Assembly (NCBI GenBank): GCA_016176685.1
Contig: JACOWS010000001.1
Coordinates: 11,577-75,576, forward strand
DNA length: 64,000 bases
Direction: 5' to 3'
From: Patescibacteria group bacterium
GTDB lineage: Bacteria > Patescibacteriota > Minisyncoccia > Phycocordibacterales > SBAW01
The translations under genes and the position numbers were made by a program. The notes under the pieces were generated by a model. That model worked only from the letters and a program-made list of their open reading frames with translations. It did no database searches and had not been told where the DNA came from. Positions 10,312 to 18,720 of the stretch are shown here, piece after piece; position 1 is the stretch's first letter, and the number at the start of each line of letters is the position of its first letter.

Positions 10312-10428
10312 GTTCTGGCGGCTAGCTACTCTCGCCTCCTGTGACAGAGACTACCATCGCCACTAGTGAGCTTAACTTCTGAGTTCGGGAAGAGATCAGG
10401 TGTGACCTCACCGTTGAGCCACCAAAAC
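10312..10428 (-). rRNA. rrf: 5S rRNA
   Basis: Complementary ends (TTTTGGTGGC/GCCGCCAGAA), CCGAAC loop and GATGGTAGT motif; directly downstream of the 23S. Confidence 0.92.
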
Positions 10429-10661
10429 AGAATGCCTAAATGCAGGTATAAATTTCCAATCCCTCGACTAAGCCTCGGGATTTCGCCGCGATAAAATCGC
10501 GACTCAACAACAAATTATTGCGATGCTCAAACCTCCAGTTCAACACGGGAAGGAACTTGATCGATTAGTACTCCTCGGCTTAATGCCTTACGGCACGTAC
10601 ACCTAGAGCCTATCAACGTGGTCATCTCCCACGGATCGTAATGATTACTCATCTTAGAGTC

Positions 10662-10694
<33 letters not shown>

Positions 10695-10753
10695 AATCCC
10701 GACATAGCTACCCAGCAATCCACCTGGCGGCAGAGCTGGTAGACCAGCGGTCA

Positions 10754-10784
<31 letters not shown>

Positions 10785-10836
10785 ATCTCTTCAATAATCG
10801 ACGCCTGCAGTAGATAGGAGACCAACCTGTCTCACG

Positions 10837-11451
10837 CATGTTCTCACGAATTACTCCGTGCATTGGACTGTAACTTCATCCTCTCACATTGAGAGAACTG
10901 CTAACGTTCAGTCTCTACGGGTATTTATGAACTTCATTGAGGGGGGAACCGAGGTTCCCCTTGCTTTTACTGGGGGTGCCAGTCAAGCTTTCTCACTTCT
11001 TCAAGTGAGTGAAAGGAGCAGTTCGATCTGGTGGTACACTCTTGTACCCTCTTCCAGGCTTCCTGCGCCTGTCGTGTCGCATCATTGTCGTCCTGCGCCG
11101 AAATTGGATATTCTCCACTTTCGGATTCTCGCGGACCATATGGATCTGGTTGACACAAGGCCGAGAAACGCATCGTATAGCTTTTCATTCCATATCCTCC
11201 TCTATCTTTACTTCCTCAATGAAATTCACAAACTTCCCTCGGTATTACCCCATAGGGGCTTCACCGATATAAGTTAGCTTCTTCCCGATATAACATCGGG
11301 ACCGCCGTGATTGGTTGTTTCTTATCTATTCTATATATGTCTTTCGACATAGTTCTTAGACGAAAACTTTTAAACAGAATCCTCGTGGGGTTCAGATCGT
11401 TCAAATTCCCAACTTTCATCAAGGCAAGGCCTTGATATTTTGAGATGCTGA
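10837..11451 (-). mobile_element. group I intron (615 nt) at the site equivalent to E. coli L2593
   Basis: Splits GGGTTCAGACCGT|CGTGAGACAG; exon ends in U and intron ends in G; IGS UCACGGCGGUC (11300-11310) forms P1 with U.G and P10; P3 GCUAAC/GUUAGC, R GUAGAGACUG, S AAGUUACAGUCC. Confidence 0.92.
10967..11188 (-). CDS. intron-encoded 73-aa hypothetical protein, not a recognisable homing endonuclease
   Basis: AGAGGAGG SD upstream; ORF looped out of P6 by a ~19-bp stem; no LAGLIDADG, GIY-YIG or HNH motif. Confidence 0.6.
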   Translation of the reverse strand: MKSYTMRFSALCQPDPYGPRESESGEYPISAQDDNDATRQAQEAWKRVQECTTRSNCSFHSLEEVRKLDWHPQ

Positions 11452-14400
11452 ACGGTCTGAACCCAGCTCGCGTATCATTTTAATTGGCGAACAGCCAAAC
11501 CCTTGGGAGCTTCTCCACCCCCGGGATATGATGAGCCGACATCGAGGTGCCGAACTCCGCCGTCGCTATGGACGCTTAGGCGGAACTAGCCTGTTATCCC
11601 CAGAGTAGCTTTTATCAGATAATCTTCCACCGCGTCTAATACGGATGGTCGGTTCACTATGGCCTGCTTTCGCACCTGCTTGGCATTCACGCCTCGCAGT
11701 CAAGCACCCTTTTGCCATTACGCTATCGGCACGGTTTCCATTCGCGCCTAGGGTACCGTAATGCACTCCTCCGTTACTTTTTAGGAGGATAGCGCCCCAC
11801 TAAAACTACCCACCAGATACTGTTTCGATGCCGTTTTGCGGCACCGGTTAGCGTATACAATCGAACAGAGTGGTATTTCACTGACGAGTAGATCCCATCC
11901 AAAAACGGGACCGTCAAACCTCTCCCACCTATGCTACGCAGCACAACCGTATACGCAATATCAAGCTGTAGTAAAGCTTCTGGGGTCTTTTCGTCTAACT
12001 GCAGGTAACCGGCATCTTCACCGGTACTGTATTTTCACCGAGCTGTGCTCCGAGACAGTTCCCCAGTCGTTACACTATTCGTGCGCGTCTGAACTTACCA
12101 GACAAGGAATTTCGCTACCTTAGGACGATTATAGTTATCGCCGACATTCACCAGGGCTTACACAAATCACCAGTACATATTGCTACATACCAACGTTCGT
12201 GGTTGACCTTCTGGCATTGGTCAAGTGTCACCCCCTATACATCCTCTTACGAGTTCGCAGGGAGCTGTGTTTTTGGTAAACAGTCGCCAGGGAGACTTTC
12301 GCTGCGGCCTCTATTGCTAGAGGCAGGCCTTATTCCGAAGGTACGGCCGATTTTTTGCCGAGTTCCTTGGAGCACACTCACTCGTTCGCCTTGGTCTACT
12401 CGACCTGATCACCTGTGTCGGTTTGCGGTACGGTCGTACATAGGATGAAGCTTAGAAGTTTTTCTTGGCGAGCTCTTCGCAGCGGTCCTCTCTCTCCGAG
12501 GAGAGAGCATACCCCCGCGCCCAACGATAGTGCTATTAAAAGCAGTACACCGGATTTTCCTGGTGTACCCATCTCAAAGCGCAGACGTCAATCCAATAAG
12601 ACGCCACTCCTTGTGTCTCGCGTAACTCCATCGCACCTATGCCGGTTGGGGAATATTAACCCCATGTCCATCACCTGCGGCTTTCGCCATCGGCTTAGGC
12701 CCGACTAACCCTTGGCTGATCACCATCGCCAAGGAAACCTTGATCTTTCGGCGTGCGGGGCTCTCACCCGCATTGCGGTTACTTGTGCCTGCATTCTCTC
12801 TTCCATACGCTCCACTGTGGCTCGCGCCTTCAGCTTCATTGCAAATGGAATGCTCTCTTACCACTCGCGTTCATGGCAAGCCATGAGCGCGAATCCTCAG
12901 TTTCGGTACTACGTTTTAGCCCCGATTATCTTCGGCGCAAAATCTCTCGATGAGTGAGCTGTTACGCTTTCTTTTAATGATGGCTGCTTCTAAGCCAACA
13001 TCCTCATTGTCTAAGAAATTTCACCTCCTTGTGATGCACTTAACGTAGATTTTGGGACCTTAACTGGAGATCTAGGACTCTTCTCCTTTCGTACGGTGGA
13101 GCTTAGCCCCCACGTACTAACTGCCGTATAACGCAAATGGTATTCGGAGTTTGATAGGGTTAGTGAGCTTGCGCCCTGTCTAACCCTTCCAGTGCTCTAC
13201 CCCCACTTGCCAATAAATACGACGCCAACCCAAAAGTTGTTTCAGAGAGAACCAGCTATTACAAGGTTCGATTAGCTTTTCACTCCAACCCACAAGTCAT
13301 CCGAGAGTTTTGAACGGCTCAACGGTTCGGGCCTCCATGTGCCTTTCGGCACATTTCACCCTGCTCATGGGTAGCTCACCTTGCTTCGGGTCTTATGCAT
13401 GCTACTTCCCCCCGCCAAAGGCGGGGAATTCGCGCTATTCACACTCGGTTTCCCTGCGGCTTCGAGGTTTTACCCCTTAGCCATACGCAGCATACATAAA
13501 CTCGCAGGCTCATTCTTCAATAGGCACGCGGTCGCGGTTCGAATAAACTCACCGCTCCCACTCTTTGTAGACATATGGTTTCAGATCTATTTCACTCCCC
13601 TCCCGGGGTGCTTTTCACCATTCCCTCACGGTACTAGTTCACTATCGGTCTTTGAAAGTATGTAGCCTTACCGGTTAGTTCCGGCACATTCACTCGAACC
13701 TGTCGTGTTTCGAGCTACTCAAGGACAATTAAGAAGTTGTTTCGGTTTCGCCTACGGGGCTTTCACCCTCTGGGGCCGCGCTTCCCAGCGCGCTCGGCTA
13801 CCTAACAATTTGTAACTTCTTGCCACTAAAGGCCTAATCGCCTTATAACCCCGCGAATTTCTCGTACCACTTCAATCGCTTGGAGTGGTCTGAGAAACTC
13901 AACGGTTTGGGCTTATTCGTTTTCGCTCGCCGCTACTCACGAAATACCTGTTGGTATCTTTTCCTCTCGGTACTGAGATGTTTCACTTCCCGAGGTTTAC
14001 CTCTCACATTGCTGTGAGATAACAGAAATTTCTTTCTATTGAGTTTCCTCATTGGGAGATCTCCGGATCAAAGGTTGCTTGGCACCTCCCCGAAGCATAT
14101 CGCCGCCACGCCGCGTCCTTCATCGCCTTTCAAAGCCAAGGCATCCACCATACGCCCTTGTTGTTCCTTCTCCCAGCCCGACCAGAATGATTCTGGCGAG
14201 TTTGTGAAAGAAAAGGAAGTTTGAGAACCGCAATAATTTGTTGTTATTACTTTATTTTTACCTGCCCACCTACACACCCACAAAAGACCCACATTGGAAG
14301 TGGTTGTGTGATGGAATTATATTGTCAAAGTGCTTCGCACCTACGACAGAGTAAGAAACAAAAAACCCGCTCTTCGCGGGACAATTGGCAACAAGGAAGT

Positions 14401-14455
14401 CGCCTGCTATCGCCGCAATTTCGCTTGGTTAGTGGTTACCATATCTGTACTAGCC

Positions 14456-14484
14456 AGTGTATAGGAAGTGTCTGCGAGTGTCAA
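14456..14484 (-). promoter_or_regulatory. sigma70-type promoter for 23S-5S
   Basis: TTGACA-17 nt-TACACT; boxA-like GCACTTTGACAAT downstream at 14321-14333. Confidence 0.75.
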
Positions 14485-14489
14485 ATAGC

Positions 14490-14518
14490 AAAAAACCGCC
14501 TATAAAGGGCGGTTTTTT
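14490..14518. terminator. intrinsic terminator
   Basis: AAAAAACCGCC-tataaag-GGCGGTTTTTT. Confidence 0.8.
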
Positions 14519-14538
14519 GCTATAGGTGAGTAAGAGAA

Positions 14539-15231
14539 TTATCCGCGGCGATGGTTCATCTGCTCGCGAGTCTTTTCTATCATACGGCTTGCGGCCTCCT
14601 GGCCTCCCAAGCCAAATGACAAACCAAATGCAAGCGAGAGCGCTACCACCAGCCCGGTGAAGAGCGTTTGCAAGTATACCGCGGCAATGCCCACCTGTGA
14701 GAGTGCGACGATAATCGCAAAACCCCATATAGCCCAGCGTGCCGCCTGTCCGGCCAAGCCGGCCGAGTGGATGCCCGCCGCGCGTGCGGCACCAACCACT
14801 AGCCCTTGCACTACCTCGGCGATAACCGCCGCGACCAACAATATAAGGACCGCGACTATAACCGCCGGGAGGAACGATACTACGATTTGGTTAAGGAAGA
14901 GAGTAACCGCAGTAAGGCCCATCACTTGGAGCGAGGCCATCAGGAACACGATGATGATAAACCATTTTACCAACTCGCCAAGGAAGACGCCCGAGTCGAG
15001 GTTGTACCCCGCGCGCTGCACCACCTCCTCGATCCCGGTAGACTTCAGTGCCTGGTCTACTTTTATCGCCCGGATTGCTTGTGCAATGATGCGCCCCAAA
15101 AGCGCACCGATGAACCAGCCGATGACAAAAATAATAATTGCAAACAGAAAGTTCGGGATGAAATTAACGGTGCTTTGCAGAAGGTTTGTAAACGACTGCT
15201 GGAGCACCTCAACCCATGTCTGTACGATCAT
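14539..15231 (-). CDS. TM-helix repeat membrane protein (MscS/CmpX-like)
   Basis: Two FIP/FLP...A..I...G TM repeats; LAFGLSFGLGG C-terminal motif. Confidence 0.8.
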   Translation of the reverse strand: MIVQTWVEVLQQSFTNLLQSTVNFIPNFLFAIIIFVIGWFIGALLGRIIAQAIRAIKVDQALKSTGIEEVVQRAGYNLDSGVFLGELVKWFIIIVFLMASLQVMGLTAVTLFLNQIVVSFLPAVIVAVLILLVAAVIAEVVQGLVVGAARAAGIHSAGLAGQAARWAIWGFAIIVALSQVGIAAVYLQTLFTGLVVALSLAFGLSFGLGGQEAASRMIEKTREQMNHRRG

Positions 15232-15397
15232 ATTACTAAAAGGCTACAAGGAGCCGTTAAACGTATAATTCGACCCCTTAATTGTAACAACGTACAGGAG
15301 GCATAAACAGGCTCCTGTGGATAGCGAAATAGCTTATAGGGATTAGGTTTTGGGTTGTAGCAACCTACTCGCTCCTTATTTTCTATCACCTACAACC

Positions 15398-15976
15398 TTA
15401 TTTCAGTCCTATGTCGAGCTTGTCGAAGATGATGCGATGGGAATAGTCAAACACGTCGCGCACCAGATGGTCGTTCATGTTAAGACGGTATAGGAATTCC
15501 TCGGTTGATAGGTATGCGTACCGTAGCTCTTTTCCCATCTGCGACTCAAGCACGCGCACATTATTTTTAAGCTTGCGGTCCTGTATGCGCTCACCCACCA
15601 CAAAGAGGTCGAGTATGCTGTTCCACTCGCCTAAAAAAATGCCGGCAATGACTATAAGTTTTATTGCCCCTGCCTGCCGGACGCGGCTGTACACCTCTTC
15701 GCTCTGCGCGGGGGCGTTGAGAAACAAATTTTGGAGCGCGGTAAGGTAGGGAAAGCCGCCATTGAGTGTGTAGTGTTTGCCCCTGCCGCGCGCCGCGCGC
15801 GTGGTAAGTTTGATGCGAGTAAACGCAGTGAGTTCGCGGCGCGCCTCGGCGGAGGAAATTCGCGCGCGGGCCGCGACCTCGTCGAGAGTAAAAGTGTCGG
15901 ACGGGTTTAACAGGAAAAGGCGCAGGAGCTTTACCCGTGCAGCGCTTCCGAATAGTTTTCCGAGTGTGTCAGACAT
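15398..15976 (-). CDS. winged-HTH protein with degenerate nucleotidyltransferase-like C-domain
   Basis: LFGS.ARVKLLRLF wHTH start; G.F.....LDLFVVG motif. Confidence 0.7.
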   Translation of the reverse strand: MSDTLGKLFGSAARVKLLRLFLLNPSDTFTLDEVAARARISSAEARRELTAFTRIKLTTRAARGRGKHYTLNGGFPYLTALQNLFLNAPAQSEEVYSRVRQAGAIKLIVIAGIFLGEWNSILDLFVVGERIQDRKLKNNVRVLESQMGKELRYAYLSTEEFLYRLNMNDHLVRDVFDYSHRIIFDKLDIGLK

Positions 15977-16030
15977 ACCGCAAATACAGACAACGGTCAC
16001 TGGCCATTCTATGCGAACTTCTCCCATAAC

Positions 16031-16062
16031 GCAAAACCTCCGGCCCGGGCCGGAGGTTTTGC
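16031..16062. terminator. intrinsic terminator downstream of rplL
   Basis: GCAAAACCTCCGGC-ccgg-GCCGGAGGTTTTGC. Confidence 0.8.
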
Positions 16063-16130
16063 TAAAAACGTTGTCTCTTATGTAAGCTCTTATCCCTCGG
16101 ATGCCTCGGGATCTCGCTAAAGTAGCAGAG

Positions 16131-16499
16131 CTACTTTAGCTCGACCTTGCCTCCAGCCGCTTCAATCGCCTTCTTGATAGCCTCGGCCTCCTCCTTCTTC
16201 ATCCCCTCTTTGAGAACCGTCGGGGTGGCATCAACGAGGTCTTTGGCCTCTTTTAGCCCCAAACCAAGCGCGTCTTTGACCGCCTTGATAACCTGCACCT
16301 TAGCTGCGCCGGCGTCGGTTAGATGTACGTTGAACGAGGTCTTCTCCTCGCCCGCCGCCGCACCGCCCGCCGCCGGAGCCGCCGCGACTGCTGCGGCCGA
16401 GACGCCCCAATGCGCCTCAAGCGCCTTGACCATCTCGTGGAGCTCCAGGACCGACATTTTTTCGACTTGGTCTACAATACCTTTAAATTTCTCATCCAT
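16131..16499 (-). CDS. rplL: 50S ribosomal protein bL12 (L7/L12)
   Basis: Ala-rich hinge, [16 protein letters not shown]. Confidence 0.98.
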   Translation of the reverse strand: MDEKFKGIVDQVEKMSVLELHEMVKALEAHWGVSAAAVAAAPAAGGAAAGEEKTSFNVHLTDAGAAKVQVIKAVKDALGLGLKEAKDLVDATPTVLKEGMKKEEAEAIKKAIEAAGGKVELK

Positions 16500-16528
16500 A
16501 TAATTAGTTAACTTACTGCAAAACGTTT

Positions 16529-17047
16529 CTATTTATTTTGTTCAGCTCTCGCATTAAGTACCATGGCGAATCGCTGCAAGGGGCTGTTAATGAGCTGTAC
16601 AAACTGCGCTCGCAAACTATCTAATCCCGGGATAGCGGCGATGGAAGTTATCTCCTCTTTGCCGACGAACTTTCCGCCAAAGACGCCGCCTGCAAACGCC
16701 AGGTGCTCGCCAAACTTTTTGACAAACACGGCAAGCTCGCGCGCGGGAGCAAGTTCGTCGCTTTTTGTATTGTCCGCCGATAAATCGGTGGGTGCCCAGG
16801 CAAGCGCTATCTCGCCCTCCAACTTAGGCGCGGTACCCTGGAATTTTGCTTCCTCAAGGCCGCGGCGTATAAGAGACTTCTTTGCCACGGTGTATCCGAT
16901 GTCCTCTGCGCGCAGTGCTTTGCGCATTTCGGTTGCCTCGGCAACCGTGAGCCCCTTAAAGTTTGCAAAAACGAGCGTTTTTGCCTTCTTGGCAATTTCG
17001 CTTACTTTTGCGACTACCTCTTCTTTCTTCTGTCTGGTGATAGCCAT
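16529..17047 (-). CDS. rplJ: 50S ribosomal protein uL10
   Basis: [15 protein letters not shown]...MRKALR, VAKKSL; directly upstream of rplL. Confidence 0.95.
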   Translation of the reverse strand: MAITRQKKEEVVAKVSEIAKKAKTLVFANFKGLTVAEATEMRKALRAEDIGYTVAKKSLIRRGLEEAKFQGTAPKLEGEIALAWAPTDLSADNTKSDELAPARELAVFVKKFGEHLAFAGGVFGGKFVGKEEITSIAAIPGLDSLRAQFVQLINSPLQRFAMVLNARAEQNK

Positions 17048-17089
17048 TTTTGAAATAAAAATAGCCTGCTAAACAGGCCTCGGAGTCGA

Positions 17090-17158
17090 CCGACTCGGCA
17101 GGAGTTCTTTTGTATTAACTCCCTCGATTACTCTCGGGATTCCTGCTGTCTTCGTGGC
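17090..17158 (-). promoter_or_regulatory. L10 leader (autoregulatory RNA)
   Basis: GAAGACAGCAGG...UUAAU...CCUGCCGAG pattern upstream of rplJ; promoter TTGACT-17-TAAATT at 17170-17198. Confidence 0.7.
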
Positions 17159-17172
17159 ACTGTGGGACTAAT

Positions 17173-17307
17173 TTATCGCGGATGCGCCACCGAGTCAAGG
17201 TTGCGGTCTGGCGCACTTATGTACGATGCGGTCACCATCACACCAAAAGCAACGCCGATAATTACCACAAAACCGAAGAAGAAATGGAAGAAGGTCTTAT
17301 TAAACAT
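17173..17307 (-). CDS. 44-aa single-TM small protein (below the ORF-track cutoff)
   Basis: MFNKTFFHFFFGFVVIIGVAFGVMVTASYISAPDRNLDSVAHPR. Confidence 0.55.
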   Translation of the reverse strand: MFNKTFFHFFFGFVVIIGVAFGVMVTASYISAPDRNLDSVAHPR

Positions 17308-17983
17308 CTCTTCTATTATACTCTATTCCCAAGGACTCCCCTTGGAAGCCCTTGAACTCCTTAAGCATCTCCTCGACACTTTCGAGTGCGGAGACATCGG
17401 TGGGCAATGCGTCTTTGGTAAGGATAACTTCTTCCTTCCGCCCGGCGTGGAAGTAGTCCTCGTAGCTCGAATAGCTAAAGCGTTTTATGAAAGCAACTGC
17501 GCCCGCAACATCAGTCAAACCATTTTCTTTCCAGCTAGACTCAAATAAATCAAGAGGGTTAAGGTGTACATACGAAAATAGCCACCTAAAATAGTCGTCG
17601 CTGTCTACGCGCCTTGCCCGAAACGGCTTACAAAACAACCCCCCGCTTCTTTTGTACTTTTGGTTAAAGTACATCGAGTGGGCGGTCAAAAGCCGGCCCA
17701 AAAATCTGCTAGCTCCTCCTTTTTGATCCTCCCGAACAATAAGGTGAAAATGATTTGGCATGAGCGAGTACGCTAAAATACTCAAAATACGCTGTCCCAC
17801 TTCACTTTCCAAGGGCGACCCTTGTATATCCTTATATACTAATGGTTTTTTGCCGTTACAAAGATGTAACAGACTTTGGAAGCGTTTCCAGTCAGTATCT
17901 TCTTGAAAGATTGAGCGCTTTTCGACCCCACGATTGTAGATGTGATAAAAATCGCCGGGGATAAATGCAAATTTCCTTTGCAT
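17300..17983 (-). CDS. REP-associated tyrosine transposase (Y1/HUH, IS200-like)
   Basis: YHIYNRG, AYSLMPNHFHL (HUH), YVHLNP, YSSY; palindromes at both ends and inside. Confidence 0.9.
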   Translation of the reverse strand: MQRKFAFIPGDFYHIYNRGVEKRSIFQEDTDWKRFQSLLHLCNGKKPLVYKDIQGSPLESEVGQRILSILAYSLMPNHFHLIVREDQKGGASRFLGRLLTAHSMYFNQKYKRSGGLFCKPFRARRVDSDDYFRWLFSYVHLNPLDLFESSWKENGLTDVAGAVAFIKRFSYSSYEDYFHAGRKEEVILTKDALPTDVSALESVEEMLKEFKGFQGESLGIEYNRRDV

Positions 17984-18010
17984 TTATGCATTATATCAAA
18001 CAAACAAAAG

Positions 18011-18035
18011 CTTTCCAAGGGTCGCCCTTGGAAAG
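18011..18035. repeat. REP-like palindrome upstream of the transposase
   Basis: CTTTCCAAGGG-tcg-CCCTTGGAAAG; relatives at 17329-17345, 17810-17824, 59604-59618 and 59633-59648. Confidence 0.75.
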
Positions 18036-18040
18036 GGGTT

Positions 18041-18586
18041 TTACAGGGAGGAGGATTGAGAGGAATAGTAGTTTGCTTTGGCCTCATCGTGGAGAAAGTT
18101 TTGGTACAAGTCGGCAAGATTGCTGTAGGCAACGGGAGAGGCGGGCCACTGTTTGGTGACATAGAGCCAAATGGTTTCGGCGCCACGGTAGTCGCCGCCT
18201 ATTTTGTGGAGAATGGCCACGTTCATCCATGCGTCGAAGTTCAGGTTGTTTTTGTCGAGCAGTGCCACATCTGCCGCAAGTTTTGTCTCAATTACCTCGC
18301 GCACGTCTTTTGCGACCGATTCAGCATATATGACAGGCGCGCGGTAGTCTGGGGGCGGTATGCTTGGGCTTGGAGAAACGGGGATCTCCGTAATGGTGTA
18401 GTCGCCGCCGGTGGTAGACGCTGTGACTCCGTTTTGAGTAGCCGCGGTATCATCCAACGACACCGAGCCGGCAGTCTCTGGGTTTGCCTGCCTATAGTAG
18501 ATATAACCGCCTAACAACAGCGCCAGGACAAGGAGCGTTACAAGTAAGTTGCGCTGTGCGGGAGATAGTTGCATAGGAATTAGCAT
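18041..18586 (-). CDS. membrane-anchored TPR-like protein
   Basis: N-terminal TM; AW..VA.L....GDY..A and AYSNLADLY helical repeats. Confidence 0.7.
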   Translation of the reverse strand: MLIPMQLSPAQRNLLVTLLVLALLLGGYIYYRQANPETAGSVSLDDTAATQNGVTASTTGGDYTITEIPVSPSPSIPPPDYRAPVIYAESVAKDVREVIETKLAADVALLDKNNLNFDAWMNVAILHKIGGDYRGAETIWLYVTKQWPASPVAYSNLADLYQNFLHDEAKANYYSSQSSSL

Positions 18587-18599
18587 AGCACAAAAATAC

Positions 18600-18630
18600 A
18601 AAAACCCCACTCGTAATGAGTGGGGTTTTT
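18600..18630. terminator. intrinsic terminator of the S-layer-like gene
   Basis: AAAAACCCCACTC-gtaat-GAGTGGGGTTTTT. Confidence 0.85.
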
Positions 18631-18720
18631 GCTTGCCCGTCCGTAGCCTTGTGGCAAAGGAGGGCTTGCAACTGTTGTCGCCAGCTGCACTAACTCAAGA
18701 TGTGAGTTAGATGAGCGAGA

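Noticed and set aside
10858-11277. Plus-strand ORFs of 139 and 87 aa in the intron as a homing endonuclease
   Set aside because: Antisense to the rRNA, overlapping ribozyme core elements, with no nuclease motifs.
11566-14505. ORFs listed across the 23S rRNA and its leader (also 52-456 over the 16S)
   Set aside because: They overlap conserved rRNA or leader sequence and show no protein motifs.
15330-15400. TAGG/CCTA short-period repeats
   Set aside because: Too degenerate and too few to define an array.
17300-17983. IS200/IS605 element with tnpB
   Set aside because: No tnpB nearby, and the length and motifs fit the RAYT subgroup.
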